This document shows, in pieces, positions 1 through 12,986 of a stretch of DNA of 64,000 nucleotides. Position numbers and translations under genes: made by a program. Below the pieces are notes generated by a model. It was not told where the DNA came from and did not search any database. It worked only from the letters and a program-made list of their open reading frames with translations. Position 1 is the stretch's first letter. The number at the start of each line of letters is the position of its first letter. Source of the stretch: Paragordius varius (taxonomy: Eukaryota > Animalia > Nematomorpha); the NCBI GenBank assembly GCA_964247055.1, contig OZ176056.1, positions 5,022,001-5,086,000 of the forward strand, given 5' to 3'.

Positions 1-1006
1 AACGCAGTTTACCAAAAACATGTGAAATAATGATGCTTTTGGATGACAAAATGTCGCATTTGTTTGGAAAAATGTTGCGTTTGCTTAAAATGCGTTTGGA
101 AAATTGTTGCTTTTTGATACAAAAGTTTCATGGTTACAACGGCGTAATCGTATTACACGAATTATATTGCTATGATTGTCTTATAAAATTGTTTTAATAA
201 CCTATATTTTAAAATCAAAATAATATTGATTCTAAACTTTATTTCATAAATTTATGTAAGTTACAATTCATAATAATGACACGCTAAAATGGGGGTTAGT
301 TTTTCAAACTCCATAGTATAAATAGAAATGCTTCTATAAAATATTACAAAATCAAACTTAATCATCCATTCTACACTTTTTCTCTAGTTTACCTTTTGGG
401 GTAGTTTTCCATCTCAGAGCTCAATTTTGTAAATTACTTACAGTTTGAGAGTTATTTTAGTTAAATTTTAATCATCAAACATTGCTCTCTAAATTTATAT
501 TTTTTAATTGTGGCTTCTATAGTCCAAAATTATACAGTTCCAAAACACGATTGCAACGAACAACTAATATTAAAATCAAAATATATGTGTTTACTGGTAA
601 AATGTAGCATGAAAGTTATTTAAAGTTTATTATTTTTTCTAACCATAATATACATTTATTTCCTGTTGCATTAGCGATTAAAAAAAAATTTAGAAAAAAA
701 TGGCGGCAAAATAGTTTGATATGAGGATTTTTTAAAATTTTACATAAAAAAAAATGTTTTGTATTCGCCTAAAACATTAAAGAAAGCATATTTTTAAATT
801 CCGTTTAATATTTAATATTTTTTAAGGTATCTAAATCCCTAATCGCTCTGGGATATAAAACTACCCCAAAGGGTAGTGGAGGGTTAAAGCAAAATATTAA
901 ATATCTTTAAAAAATTGTTATTTATAATAGATAAGTTGTGTATAAATATTTTAATAGTAATAAGCACATATTTTATGTAAATTTTTTTCGATACTTAGAG
1001 GTAACC

Positions 1007-3323
1007 TAAAGTGACCAGATTTTTTCAAGGAAAAAGCGGGACAAATTTGAAAAAGGGGGGGGTACAATCAAAAATTTTACAAAAGATTTTATAATATTTA
1101 TTTATTTTTAAAACAAAAATATTATAATATAAAAAAATGTTTCATTACTTGGTATTTTTTTTTATTTGAGTGAATGCGTTTTAGCAGATTGTCATCATTT
1201 TTATAAATATTGTAGAAGTCTTCACAAGAATTTGTCAAATTATATTTAGATAAAATGGCCGTTAAAGTTTCAATAAATTAATTTTTCCGATGTCCACACC
1301 TGATTTACTGTGGAAAAAAAGGCGTTAAGAAGCAGCGTTGGTTCCAGATAAAGATAGTGCAAATTCCACAATTCTTAAAATATTATTGTATGAAACATAG
1401 TTTGTTTCGAAATGATGAAATATTTCCAACCATTTCATTTCTACTGTATTTTTTTCTGTTGTCCATAATTTAAGTTTTTCATTATTATTATATATTTTTT
1501 AACTAATGATACTTCAGGAAAAAAGATAATTTTCTGAAAGGTTATTTTTTGTGATTTTTGGGAGATGAAGATGTAATCAAATGATTTTTGAACATCGCAC
1601 CAATTAAATTCTGGTTTTAATGTTATCAAATGAAAGTAATTCATTTCAATGTATTGCACCATCCAGTCTTCCAAATATTCTTTACAGTTTATAAAACATT
1701 TTTATATGTACAACATATCTTGGTAATTTATTACACCTTGTTTTTCTAAATTATTTGGATGGTTAATGGTATAAAACTATTTTCTAACCTTTCTTGACAT
1801 TGGAATTTTAGGTTATTAACCCAATTGGATACTTCGATTGCCAAAATTTTGTCACCTTCTATCAATTTAATAACATTTTGAAAGAAAGAAGCTTGATTAT
1901 GTAGGAACTCTAACCATATTTTTGATGAATCACTTTTAAAAAACTTTTCCAAAGTTGAAGGACATTTGTCCTGTAATAAAAAATAGGATTTTAAAGGATC
2001 ATACATTTTTACAATTCTTTCGGTAGCTGGCAGACGAGCTAACAAAAAAGTTTTACAATATCCAAGCATTTTTTGATATTAAATTTCTGCCTCACAGAAT
2101 TTCTTAAGCGTTTCAACGCGTACCGTCCATATAAAAATAGGAATATATTTTAACAACTACATTTTCCACATCTAGGGGTAACAAATCAGCAGCTGTTTGA
2201 ATAGCGTTGTACATTATATGCGCTGCACACCGAACGCCAATAATGTTTTGATTAAGATTATCCGCTAATTTATAAAAAATATTTTTTGTTTCCCACCTTG
2301 CTTTTCCACCGAAGTTCGTATTGGAGTTGTCAGCGCAATATGCGATGATTTTGTCTTTTAAATATTTTTTAAAATATTCATTATTGAAGTAAAAATTATG
2401 TCGGAATTTTCCCCGGGTAGGGAAATAAAATCTATAATTTTAATTTTTACTCCAGTTTTTGGATTAAATTATCTTATTAAAGTGGGAAATAATTTTGTTT
2501 CCTTGTGATTTCATGCATCAGTGAAATTAATTTTCAGCAAATCTTTTTGTATTTCAAAAAATGCATGTGGCGAAAGGACATTGCATACAATGGCTTCAGC
2601 CTTTGTACGGGGACACGTAAATTTTTTATTGAATCCGGTACGAATGACCTGTGAGGCAATCCATAAATCTAAAAAAATGATTATGATTAACGGCGTGAAA
2701 AGATAAAACGCCTTCGGCTAGTGCCAAATTCTTTTCTTTCTCTCCAAAAGCGGTTTTTCGATAAAAATCGCTCATTTTGTAAGATGGTGCCGCCATATCT
2801 AAACATTTTTTATGGTTTGTTTCCATTTGCCTCGTAATATCATACTTGCCGCCATGTGCTAGGGTAAATTCCACCTCGCATAAAGAACATTTAACATATG
2901 ATTCATTCTTCGTTTTTTTAATAAAAGGAATTTCTTTCATTAATTCTTCGTTGAATTTACAACCTCTTTTTTTTTTAAACTAATATTAGTATAAAAAAAT
3001 ATTATATTAGCTTAATTTTCTGGAGTAAACGTATAAGCTACCGATTTGTGGTATTTAATTTGTCTTTTTGATAATGTTGGCAGAAAGATTAGGAAGCAAA
3101 TTGTGTAATCATATTATATAAATTCGAAAAAAATAAATATTTTTGATTTAAAAATAAAAAATTCTAATTTAAAATTGACATATATTTTATAGATCACTAA
3201 TATTAATTTCTTATAAAAAATTTAAATGTGTTTAAAAAATTTCTTTTTATATAACCGTGAAAAAGTGAAAACGTAGCGGGACGCGGGGCAAAGTGTGAAA
3301 AAGCGGGACGTCTGGTCACCCTA
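1007..3323 (-). mobile_element. Decayed hAT DNA transposon (Blackjack-like termini)
   Basis: TIRs TAAAGTGACCAGA (1007) and TCTGGTCACCCTA (3323); degenerate TSD GGTA-ACC / GGTATACC. Minus-strand transposase pieces: BED-like CxxC..H and AEGVLSFHAVNHNH (2626-2940), CKT(R)FLA-like block (1746-2069), dimerisation block IVEFALSLSGTNAAS.RLFS (~1290-1390). Confidence 0.85.
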
Positions 3324-3330
3324 GGTATAC

Positions 3331-3517
3331 CTCAACATATCATTGACCCTAAAAGCGTAGTTGATCAATAAATTTAGGAAGAAACAATTAAAATGAAACC
3401 CAAAAATACCATACGCAATTGGTTTTGAGCCGATGGCAGGATTTTTTACAATACCAAATATATATGAATGGATTTTACATGTATAACTTTGATTGAAATT
3501 GAAAATCATTTGCATTC
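3331..3517 (-). CDS. Candidate internal exon, possibly GPCR ICL3/TM6
   Basis: Acceptor TTTTATAG| and donor AG|GTATAC flank an open frame (MQMIFNFNQ...IAYGIFGFHFNCFFLNLLINYAF...) with one hydrophobic stretch. It lies downstream of the GPCR exon on the same strand. Joining needs a phase-1 donor (TCC A|GTAATG) in the GPCR exon. Confidence 0.3.
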
Positions 3518-3806
3518 CTATAAAACAGGGGTTTCAATACAAATAGCTTTCATGGCTGCATTTCAAATATATATTGGCATTTATAAATTTACTAGCGTAA
3601 ATCTCGTACTACTACGCAGCCCGAGGTGGGGGGAGGGGGGGCTATTTGAAAAAAGGGACAATAAAATGATCCACATAGGTGAATTATTTTGAAACATTAT
3701 TTAATAGCTATGATCTCATAGAAATTTCAAAACGGTGCATTATTACTAATATATTGTTTACTTGGGCGAAAAATAGATTCAAAACATTATTTTTGTCTTT
3801 GTTTTT

Positions 3807-4172
3807 TAAAAAATGGCATTTTACGAGGGGAGCGGGTAAAAAGAGGACCTAAATTAAAAAAGCGAGACGACTATGTTCGGCGCAATCGAAAATAACTAAA
3901 CAAAAATCATATTTGAAATTGAATGGTCCAACACGTTCTCCGGAAAATCGTCTAAAAGACACGATATTTGTGGACTTCTGTTTTCAAAAAAACCCATTTT
4001 TCACACGGGGTGGGCCCGAACTGGGGGCCTATATCAAAAAAAGGCGAAGCTATTGTCTGGGCATTCATTAATGATTATATTTTTTCGATATTTGGATTTG
4101 AAAGGGTCTACCGGTTTTCCGGTACCAGATTACAAAGCCAGCATTTTCCATTTTTACAAATATATAGATTAC
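3807..4172. repeat. Unclassified interspersed repeat (second copy 38411-38770)
   Basis: Colinear similarity over ~360 bp (AAAATGGCATTTTACG...GGGTGGGCCCGAA...CAAAGCCAGCATTTT...AAATATATAGATT) between the two sites. Confidence 0.7.
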
Positions 4173-4511
4173 AACTCAAAGACAAGATTCCAAAATCCCA
4201 ACGTAATGTAACAATTTGTTTTTAGTTCCAGTAAATTGGATTGACTTTTTTGGAAAAATTGTTAAGAAACAACAATTTAGCTAGATTTTCTGAGTATATT
4301 TTAGCAAATTATGAATTTTCAATTCGCGCGCAAATAGAGTTTTAAGGGGCTCGGCCCGTGACCCCTCTTATATATAAATGGATAGAATGTGAAAGTTATT
4401 TTATTATTTATAAAAAGCAGAATGTATAAAAACCCTTTTTATATGATTATAAAATATGTTAATAAATTTATTTTTCATGTTACCAAATATTTAATTGTTT
4501 ATTGAAAAGTA

Positions 4512-6260
4512 TTAGGGTTTTACCTTCAAAAGAAAGGCATTACTGGAGCACACAATGACAAAGGAAATTGTCAAATTAATCAAGACAAACACTTTAAGGA
4601 AAAGCAGAGATAGCCAAGCTGCATTAACATTCCTATCATAATTATAAGTTTCGAATTCAAGAATATTGGAGCATGCTGTTCCAAAAAAGCAACAATAGCA
4701 CGGAGGCAACCATATTTTCAATGTGGATAATTTTGAAACCATAGTTCTATTTGTGTTGACTGTGGGACCTAGGAATGGTACTCTATAGGATTCTGATAAC
4801 ATTTTATCATCTGGATTCCTTGAGTTATGTATTAAATCCAAATATTGACGTTTTTGATAAAAGGGTATGAAATTGACAAAGATATTAATTATCCATACAA
4901 CAATAATTATTATAATTACGGTCGTTTTGGTCATAATAGCGTGATACCTTATGGCTTGACTTATGAACAAAAAACGGTCAGTAGCTAGCAAAGCTAAGGT
5001 ATACAGAGTTACACTCAAACCAGTTAAAAAGAATACGAGTTGAATTCGACAAAGTAACATAATATTGAGCGATGGAATGAATTTCCAAAAATATTGTCTT
5101 TGATTCTTATGCGTATCTTGGATAGCTTTTGTTATGTTGGAATAAATTTTTGAGGACAGGGCAATCATAGAAAAATTTTCATGATGAGTTTTCTCTATGG
5201 TGTCAAAATTTGATATATTTAATTTAAACGTTAATCGTACCCAACTATCATTAACAAAATTAATAGTTTCACCAAATAATGGCGTTATCATATTTTGTGG
5301 TTGAGGACGTCTATTGAATTTCACAAAAAAATCAACTGTATTTGCCGTAAATGATGTGAAATTCATTGCAATGGTAGACGCATTTGCATCATTATAATTG
5401 TTACAAGCACAATCGCAAGTTATATCTGTAAAGTATTTTGATGCGGTAAATTTTTTTGAAGCAAAGCATAAGTTTTCTTTATTTTTATTGTAGTCATAAA
5501 ATTTGTATGATATCCGTTTAATTTTCATAGCCGGAATCGGATAAAAACTATTTATTGTATCTCTTTTTTCTAAATCGACATTAATGAAAAGATTAAGATC
5601 GCCATTCCTCAAATTAAACAAACCAAAATTTTTAGAGACATGAGCATTTTTTTCAAGAACAGCAAAACTATACAACACCACTGATATTAAAGGGATGATA
5701 GTAATCATGAATATGCTGGTAAAACCTAAATTAAGTAATAAAGGCTTATTATTATTGTTTCCACGGCGCCTTTCAATTTTAAATATGGCGTACAAAAACA
5801 AAATGGTAGTCGTGAAACTAATAAGAAAACCGATTAAATTTATGGACATGAGAAATAAGGGAATTCCGGCAAACCTTTTCAAGTGATGTGAAATTTTAGA
5901 GGATAAATCATGCGGTGTATTGTAATATAACAACGATGGTTGGGCAAATGTTTGAAAATTAGAATTAATTGAGTTTCGTTCGATATATTTATATGGCTCA
6001 AACCTAAATCCAAGTTGATTAGGCGTGTAATAAGTAAACAGTGAGATATCTTTCAGACAGCAACATTTTTGGTTGATATGATTAGCGTCAGTAAATTTTC
6101 CAAACGAATGCTGCTGGATTATTAAATCACTTGGTTTATCAAATATCCTGATTAACATATTAATAGTGATTGACGGTATATTTTCGTGTTTCAATGTATC
6201 CGATTTCATAAGATAAATTAAGAGTGATAAAAGCACAAACAAAGGTTTAAATATTCTCAT
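4512..6260 (-). CDS. Class A (rhodopsin-like) GPCR, large first exon (signal peptide, TM1-TM5, very long ECL1)
   Basis: 582-aa ORF with N-terminal hydrophobic leader, TM1, TM2 (LLLNLGFTS), TM3 with preceding Cys and LLATDRF motif, RY in ICL2, TM4 with conserved W (IVVWII..FIPF), Cys-rich ECL2 and TM5. The ORF ends just past a donor-like AAG|GTAAAA at 4524/4523. Confidence 0.8.
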   Translation of the reverse strand: MRIFKPLFVLLSLLIYLMKSDTLKHENIPSITINMLIRIFDKPSDLIIQQHSFGKFTDANHINQKCCCLKDISLFTYYTPNQLGFRFEPYKYIERNSINSNFQTFAQPSLLYYNTPHDLSSKISHHLKRFAGIPLFLMSINLIGFLISFTTTILFLYAIFKIERRRGNNNNKPLLLNLGFTSIFMITIIPLISVVLYSFAVLEKNAHVSKNFGLFNLRNGDLNLFINVDLEKRDTINSFYPIPAMKIKRISYKFYDYNKNKENLCFASKKFTASKYFTDITCDCACNNYNDANASTIAMNFTSFTANTVDFFVKFNRRPQPQNMITPLFGETINFVNDSWVRLTFKLNISNFDTIEKTHHENFSMIALSSKIYSNITKAIQDTHKNQRQYFWKFIPSLNIMLLCRIQLVFFLTGLSVTLYTLALLATDRFLFISQAIRYHAIMTKTTVIIIIIVVWIINIFVNFIPFYQKRQYLDLIHNSRNPDDKMLSESYRVPFLGPTVNTNRTMVSKLSTLKIWLPPCYCCFFGTACSNILEFETYNYDRNVNAAWLSLLFLKVFVLINLTISFVIVCSSNAFLLKVKP

Positions 6261-8474
6261 TTTTTATGAATTGATTTAACTATTTTCAGTAGTAATTATT
6301 TAGGTAAAAAAAATATTATTTCTTATTATTTATTTGTTAAGTAAGCTACATTCATGAAACAGGGAATTTTGGCAAGTATTTTGGCATATTAATCTAGTCA
6401 GTTAAATTAATATTGATTTTTGTATAAATTGAAATTTAATGAAAAAAAAACCTTTTTACCTAAAATGTTGTGACTACACATATATATTCCGCTTAATAAT
6501 TAATTAAGAGGTACACCTGTTTAATTTCAGTAAATTTCTTATTTACTACTTTGCATAGGTCATACATGAAACTTTTCCCTTAACTTTAATTATGGTTAAT
6601 ATAACATTTTGTAAAAAAAATATTTAAATAGATAAAAAAGATTATGATATGATATAACATATATAGTGTGATTAGAGTGTTATTTAGTGTTTAGATTTCC
6701 TAGCACGCCGATGCCGTCGGTTCTTTATGTTTTGCGGTTAAATTTGAGCGTTTTAGCACCTTTGAATATTTCCCAATTTTCGGAAGTGAGCCGAAGCGAT
6801 CCGATTAGATCGTTGATTCGATAATAATTAAAAATAAATGTAAACTATCATATTAATAAAACATTAATTGATTACTTTAAATTTTTAAGGGATATAATAT
6901 CTTATTATAAAAAGAATCATGGTTATATAGAGTTTAAAATTAAACTTTCAAATTGATAGAATTAAAGAGATTTGGAAAGGTAATTAATAAAATAAATGCA
7001 AACCTGTCCTGTTTTCTTCAACCTGTTGTGTGAAGTATGGTGCAATCTGTGATAATCACTTGATATGCCTTTCGTGGTTTAATGTTTCAACCTGTTTCAA
7101 GGTAGCAGGTTCGTTTTCCCACATGTGGATCGGGGAATCTCATGAACAGTAATTTTAAATTTTTGGAATTTAAAAGGCTACAATGAAAGCTTTGCGCATT
7201 TTTTCCTTAACGTTGAGCATAAAATTGTATTTTGCGATATCCGTTTTTAGGCGTATAAGAATACCTTACCTATTTCAATTCGAATTACAATGTACGATGT
7301 AAATATAGCATGGATATATTTGTCTTGTTTGATTTATTCGTAAATCTCCCTTCCTGCCAGTAGCGAAACTACGGGGAGCTAGAAACAGCAGTGCGGGGGG
7401 GGCAAGACAAAACAGGGACCCTTTTTTACCTTTCATATTTAATTTGGGCCCCCTTCCTATTTTGCGGGGGGGGGGACAACATTTATTACCTTTTTTATTT
7501 ACAGATATGTAACTAATGATTGCCTGATTGAAAGTATACTGGCAAAGAATAAAGAGAATTATTATTGGAAAGGAAGAAAAAGAGAAAAAAGGCATTTTTT
7601 CACGATTTCATTAAGCGGTTTTATTATAAGCTTATAATTAATAAACACCTTATATTCTCTCCAGTTAACACCTTAAAAAAGTGAAAATATTTAAAAAATA
7701 AATAAAAGAGTATAGATAGTTGACACCAAAAAATAAGTGAAGCTTATAAATTTTCAAGTCCAAAATTATTTTGTTATTAAAAATTATAGTATTATAGTTT
7801 TTGAGTTCACAAAGACAGATGTAATTTTGCCTCTGTTAAATTAAAATAATTACAAATAAAATTTCATTTACAATAATATATTCATATTAATGAGCAAATG
7901 GGTTCATGTATATATTAATATTATTGAGTTAAAGGAAAGAGCAAAAAATCCATTTTTTCACTATCCATTAAATTTTAGGCATAATGATATTGTTTGTTCC
8001 TTTATTAATTTCTGGCAGTTTTAATAGTGAACAAAAAAGGAGGGAAAAAAGAAAAACATTTATCATAACAATATTCTATAACAAGTAATCTCAATTTATT
8101 TATTTTGATTATACAATACGCAATTTAATACAGGCCAACTCATATTAATGTTGGTAAATTCATATCACAGCTAAGTATGATAAATAACAATAATTTTGTA
8201 AAAAATGTTTTTCAATGCATACATGGTGAATAAAATTTATTAAATTTTACAGAATGATTGTTAGCTGGTGTATATTAATATGCATTATTTTTCTAATGTT
8301 TTTAACCTTTGATGCATAATATTTTCAAATTTATTTTTAGTTCTAAAACATAAATTTTTTTATAAACTTCCACCACATACTAAAACAGGGGTCAATTATT
8401 TTCAGCGGGAAATTCTCAAAATTTAAAAATCTTGGAGGTCCGCACATTCATATTCCATTTCTATACATATTTAT

Positions 8475-8585
8475 CAGACCTTCGAACCGGAAGCTGGTTC
8501 CTGTTTTAGGAACCTATTGCTGTTCCATTTTTAAATTAAAACCCGGTTCTAGTTCCACTTTTTTTGGGACAGGTTCGAAGCCCTG
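8475..8585. mobile_element. Small MITE nested in the Tip100-like family (also 31142-31218)
   Basis: Inverted ends CAG..CTTCGAACC / GGTTCGAAGCCCTG at the same position in both host copies. Confidence 0.6.
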
Positions 8586-8872
8586 GTATTTCAAAAAGCC
8601 ATATTACCATAAAAAATATTTTACTATTCTGACTAAACAGCTGTCAAAATTTTATTTGTACGAATTCCGAAAATATAACTTTTAACAATAAGTTTATATT
8701 TAAGAAGTTTCCCCGCTGCTATTCTTGTAGATAAGCATCCGTTTTTTTGCAACTATGGAGGCAATATATACATTTTTTGGCTACAGTATTAAAAAATAAG
8801 ACCATTTGAGAAGTTCTACTAAGAGATTTGAAATAAGTTTGAAAATATTAAATCCCACTCGTAAGTCCAGAA

Positions 8873-11344
8873 CAGTGGTACTTAAACCGGGGGCCATGCG
8901 GCCCTAAGAGTGCTTTAAAATTGCCCTTTGACCATATTGATACTTAAATTATTTTTTTTATTTATGAATTTTCAAAATACACATAAACGAATTTTCGCTT
9001 ATTTTAATATTAATTTATTTTTATTTAATTTTGGTAATTTTTATTTTTTGCGCAAAATGTAGAAAAATTTCCTTACATTAAAATTATTTCAAAATTTTGG
9101 CACACGTTATTTCTGTTTCTATTTTGAAACTTTTATTGCCTTTTTTTTATTTAAGCAAGCCTTTCAACCAAACTTGCATATACATATTCTTTTCATTGCT
9201 ATCCTGCATCATTTTTATAACACATTCCCATAAAATATTTTTCAAATTAACATCATTAGATTTCGACCTGTTTTTTATAGCATAATTCAGATTTTATTCC
9301 TATTTTTTTGAAAGAAATTACATATTATTTAAACATAAATTCAAAGAATGACACCTAATGCTAAAAAACGTTTATAATCGATGAAATTAGCTCCTTTAAA
9401 AAAAATGGGAAGAAAATTTCTTTGTTGTTTTAAATAAAAATGTTGTTGCTGCCTATAACAACATAAATATAGAAAAATACAATACTGAAAGACATTTACA
9501 ATCCATCATTCTCATAAATTAGCAGAAAATCATGAAGAAAGAAACGAAAAATATATAAAGATTGAGGAATGATACCAGAACAAAAATTTATTATGTCCAT
9601 AGCTTTCTCCCAGGAAAAATTTGCTATATTTTAGGAAGAAATATGCAACCGTTTACTGATTCACAACTATTAAAAGAATGTCTAATAAATCGTTGCACTT
9701 TTTTATTTGATAAATTCCATAATAAATATCAAATCATGAGGCAAATTTAAAAACTTCAACTTTCTGATTCAACATGTGCTCGTCGCATTGAAGATATGTC
9801 TAAATATATTTTAACAATACATTATTGGCTCTAAAAACTGCAATATTATAGTATTGCTAATTCTAGCACTGATATTAGTTTAACACCTCAATGTGCTCTC
9901 TTCGTGAGATTTTGCAACGACAACATAATCAACTAGGAATATTTAAAATTTTTACCTAAAAATAATACCACGAAAGGAAAAATTTTGTCTAAATAATTAG
10001 CACTTTTTTCGATAACAATGATATATCTATGAAAAAATTGGTTTTGATCTGCACAGATGGCTGTCCCTCTATGATTGGAATAAACAAAGGATTTATTCCT
10101 CTTTTAAAAAACATATATAATTTTCATATTTTATCCTTTCACTGCTTTATTCATCATATAAACTTGGTTTCGCGTGTAAAAGATGAATCACTCAACTCAA
10201 TAATTATATCAGTTGTGTATATAAGTAACCACATTATTGGCAGAGAATTCAACCGCCGTAAATTCTAAAACCTTCTGAAAGAGATCCACAGTGTGTTTGA
10301 TGATATTCTTTTGTGCACCGCTTTGAGATGGCTAAGCCTTAGCAAAGTATTAAATAGATTTTTTTGTTTTAAGACCTGAATATCTATTATAAAAGATAAC
10401 TGAAAGTTTGACGAGCAAATTAATAGTGGTGACAAATGGTGGGTTTTATTAGTCCTCCTTTGCGACATTACTCATAAACTTAGTATTTTAAATACAAGTC
10501 TTCAAGGGAGAAAAATAAAAACCCAATTTTCTAATCAAATATATGCTTTTGAAGAAAAATTAATAATATATAAACAAGATTTTATAAATAAAACACTCCT
10601 ATATTTTCCAATACTTAAAATGATTTATAATAAATATGGAATTTACCGCGGAGATAAATTTAATAGACAATCATTCATTTTTATCTAATGAGATGAAATA
10701 AGATTTCAAGTAAATATTAAAAATTGCTTAAAACTCGTTAAAAATCTATGTCATATAGATGTAACCAATATTAAGCAACTTGATCGTTTCGATTTTGATC
10801 AGGCGCATATCATAGAAGAATTCGTAGATTTTAAAAATTATTCCGAATTGGAGGCTATATTCAAGGAGAATCGTAGCGAAGAAAGACATGTATAGAGTTT
10901 TGGCAAGATGTGCCAAATAAATAGGAAAATAAAAAAATAGTGCTTAAGTTATCATAACTGTTTTTCCCTCAACTTAAACGTGTGAGACGGCATATTCAAA
11001 AAAGAAGTATGTCAAAAATATATACAAAATCGCTTAACCGATGATCATATGGACGACGTATTAAGATTGGCTTGTCATGAGACGAAACCAAATTTGACAA
11101 AAATTATTGGTTAATATCAACATAAATGTTGTTATCAAAATATTTTAATTTTATAAACTAAATGGTGCAAAACGAGTTTTTAGCTGGATTTACATGCGAT
11201 CCGCAAAAATTCAGCTGATTTAGAATATAAATATGTGCATATGTGTCAAATAGCTATGGAATATTTGCCATTATAAGGTTCATGGCCCTCGAAAAAAATA
11301 TATATTAGATTTGGCCCGTCAAATTTTTTTGGTGAGTACCTCTG
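8873..11344 (+). mobile_element. Decayed hAT transposon, Charlie/SPIN (GTF2IRD2-like) group
   Basis: TIRs CAGTGGTACTTA / TGAGTACCTCTG; 8-bp TSD GTCCAGAA / GTCTAGAA. Frameshifted transposase motifs QLSDSTCARRI, CTDGCPSMIG, FHCFIH, LRWLS..KVLNRF, NTSLQG, FPST..CET. Confidence 0.9.
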
Positions 11345-11574
11345 GTCTAGAAGGTATACGTCTCTTTTATCATTTATCGTTATTTTGATATTATTAAGGT
11401 TGTAACAATTATAACAATAACGAGCATTAAGATAAATGAGCGGGAAGAAGCTTCTATGTTAATTATTTGAATTTGTATTTTTTTGCCTTTTTTATTATAT
11501 ATTAAATAAAGTACATCAAATCTTTACAACATTACAATCAAATGATATAGACCTTATAAAAGTCGAAATAAATA

Positions 11575-11972
11575 TAATAAAATAATAACATTATATGATA
11601 TCACTCTTTCGAGCGGTAATATCAGTAAACTATTTCGCCATAGAACCCTGTCTATGGCGTCCTCGCGTTGTAGGTTCCGCCATGTCCCTCTTAACTGTAT
11701 CTATCCATCGCGTTTTAGAGCGCCCTCTTCCCCTCTTGCCTTTCACAATATAATCATCGATCTTTTTACCAATGTAGTTATTATCTCTTCTTTCTACATG
11801 TCCAAACTATCTTAAACGATTTACCATCATCTTTTGCGTTACCGGTTTGATTTCCGTACTTCCTCTTATGTAGACATTCTTCACCTTGTCATTCCTCGTT
11901 ACACCGCACATCAATCTAAGCATTCTCATTTCCACCTCAAAGTGCCTCTCTTCTGATTTTTTGTTTACAGGC
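11575..11972 (-). mobile_element. RTE LINE 3' fragment
   Basis: Minus-strand translation EMRMLRLMCGVTRNDKVKNVYIRGS...FGHVERRD...GKRGRGRSKTRWIDTVKRD; same family as 45030-47710. Confidence 0.85.
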
Positions 11973-12311
11973 AAATTTTTTTAACAAAATAAAAATATAA
12001 AAAAAAATTAATTTTGAGAAAAAAAGTCTATGTAAAAATATTTTTTATATTTTTTTAAAAATTTTAGGCGGTCACGTTTTGAAATCTCGACATCACAGTC
12101 TATCACGGACCGTTTGGCCACCTCTGATATTTATATCATTTAAGTTTTTTTACCCCATGATTGCACTGTTTAATGCCGCCTATCTATATATAGGCATTAT
12201 TAAAAAACTAAATTTTGAGTTTTATTCGTTTTCAATTTTATGGAGAGTTCTAATATTTTATGAAATGGAAACGCTTAAAAATTAGAATCTAAGGAAAAGC
12301 TATTTTTAACG

Positions 12312-12312
<1 letters not shown>

Positions 12313-12349
<37 letters not shown>

Positions 12350-12353
12350 TATA
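12313..12353. repeat. (TA)n microsatellite
   Basis: Near-perfect TA run; shorter runs near 13485, 13770, 28497 and 28907. Confidence 0.9.
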
Positions 12354-12986
12354 ATTTGCTTGATAATTTAAAAGCGATAACGCTTGTTTATGATCAAATT
12401 TTGTAAAATTGCCAAATATAGCTATATTCCGTTGTAACACCCATTTTTAGATTTTCATTCTACAAAGGATTATAAATTGCATTTCAGATTTTATCCCTAA
12501 AGACGTTATAATGCTTTCAATAAGTATTTCGTAGTTTTATATAATATAGTAATTTTTCCCGCGAGGTTTCCTCCATTATAATGACAGTCTATATGATATA
12601 AAATGAATGAATAAATTATTTTAATTAATAATAAAGATACCGAACTATTTTTTAAGTTTTAATTCAATACACTAATGCAGCAAATGGCCGCAAAATTATA
12701 TGTCTCAAGGGCCTTGCACCATATGATACCGATAAAAAATTTAGCTGTTTAACATTTGCAGATACTTGTACTCAAAATAAGTATATCAAAAAATAAATAA
12801 TTCAGAAAGCACTTTTAGAGCTTCATGCCGCCCGTGGGCCGCGGTTTGAGTATCTCTAGTATATATATTTTTACCTCCATTTTTGCCGTACAATATAATT
12901 TTTAGAATTCTATTTTTATAAAATATATCATATTCTTTTGATATTCTTTAAAATATTGTATAAAATCAGTGTCACACAAAATATCG

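Larger units (their letters stand above)
7358..11570 (+). mobile_element. hAT Tip100-like element, 5' part, internally deleted and interrupted by a Charlie-type hAT
   Basis: 5' TIR CAGTAGCGAAACTAC; ~1.3 kb colinear with 30141-31354. Transposase remnant EISLKILNPTR (8830-8862) resumes after 11352 and matches the uninterrupted copy at 56420-56715. Confidence 0.7.
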
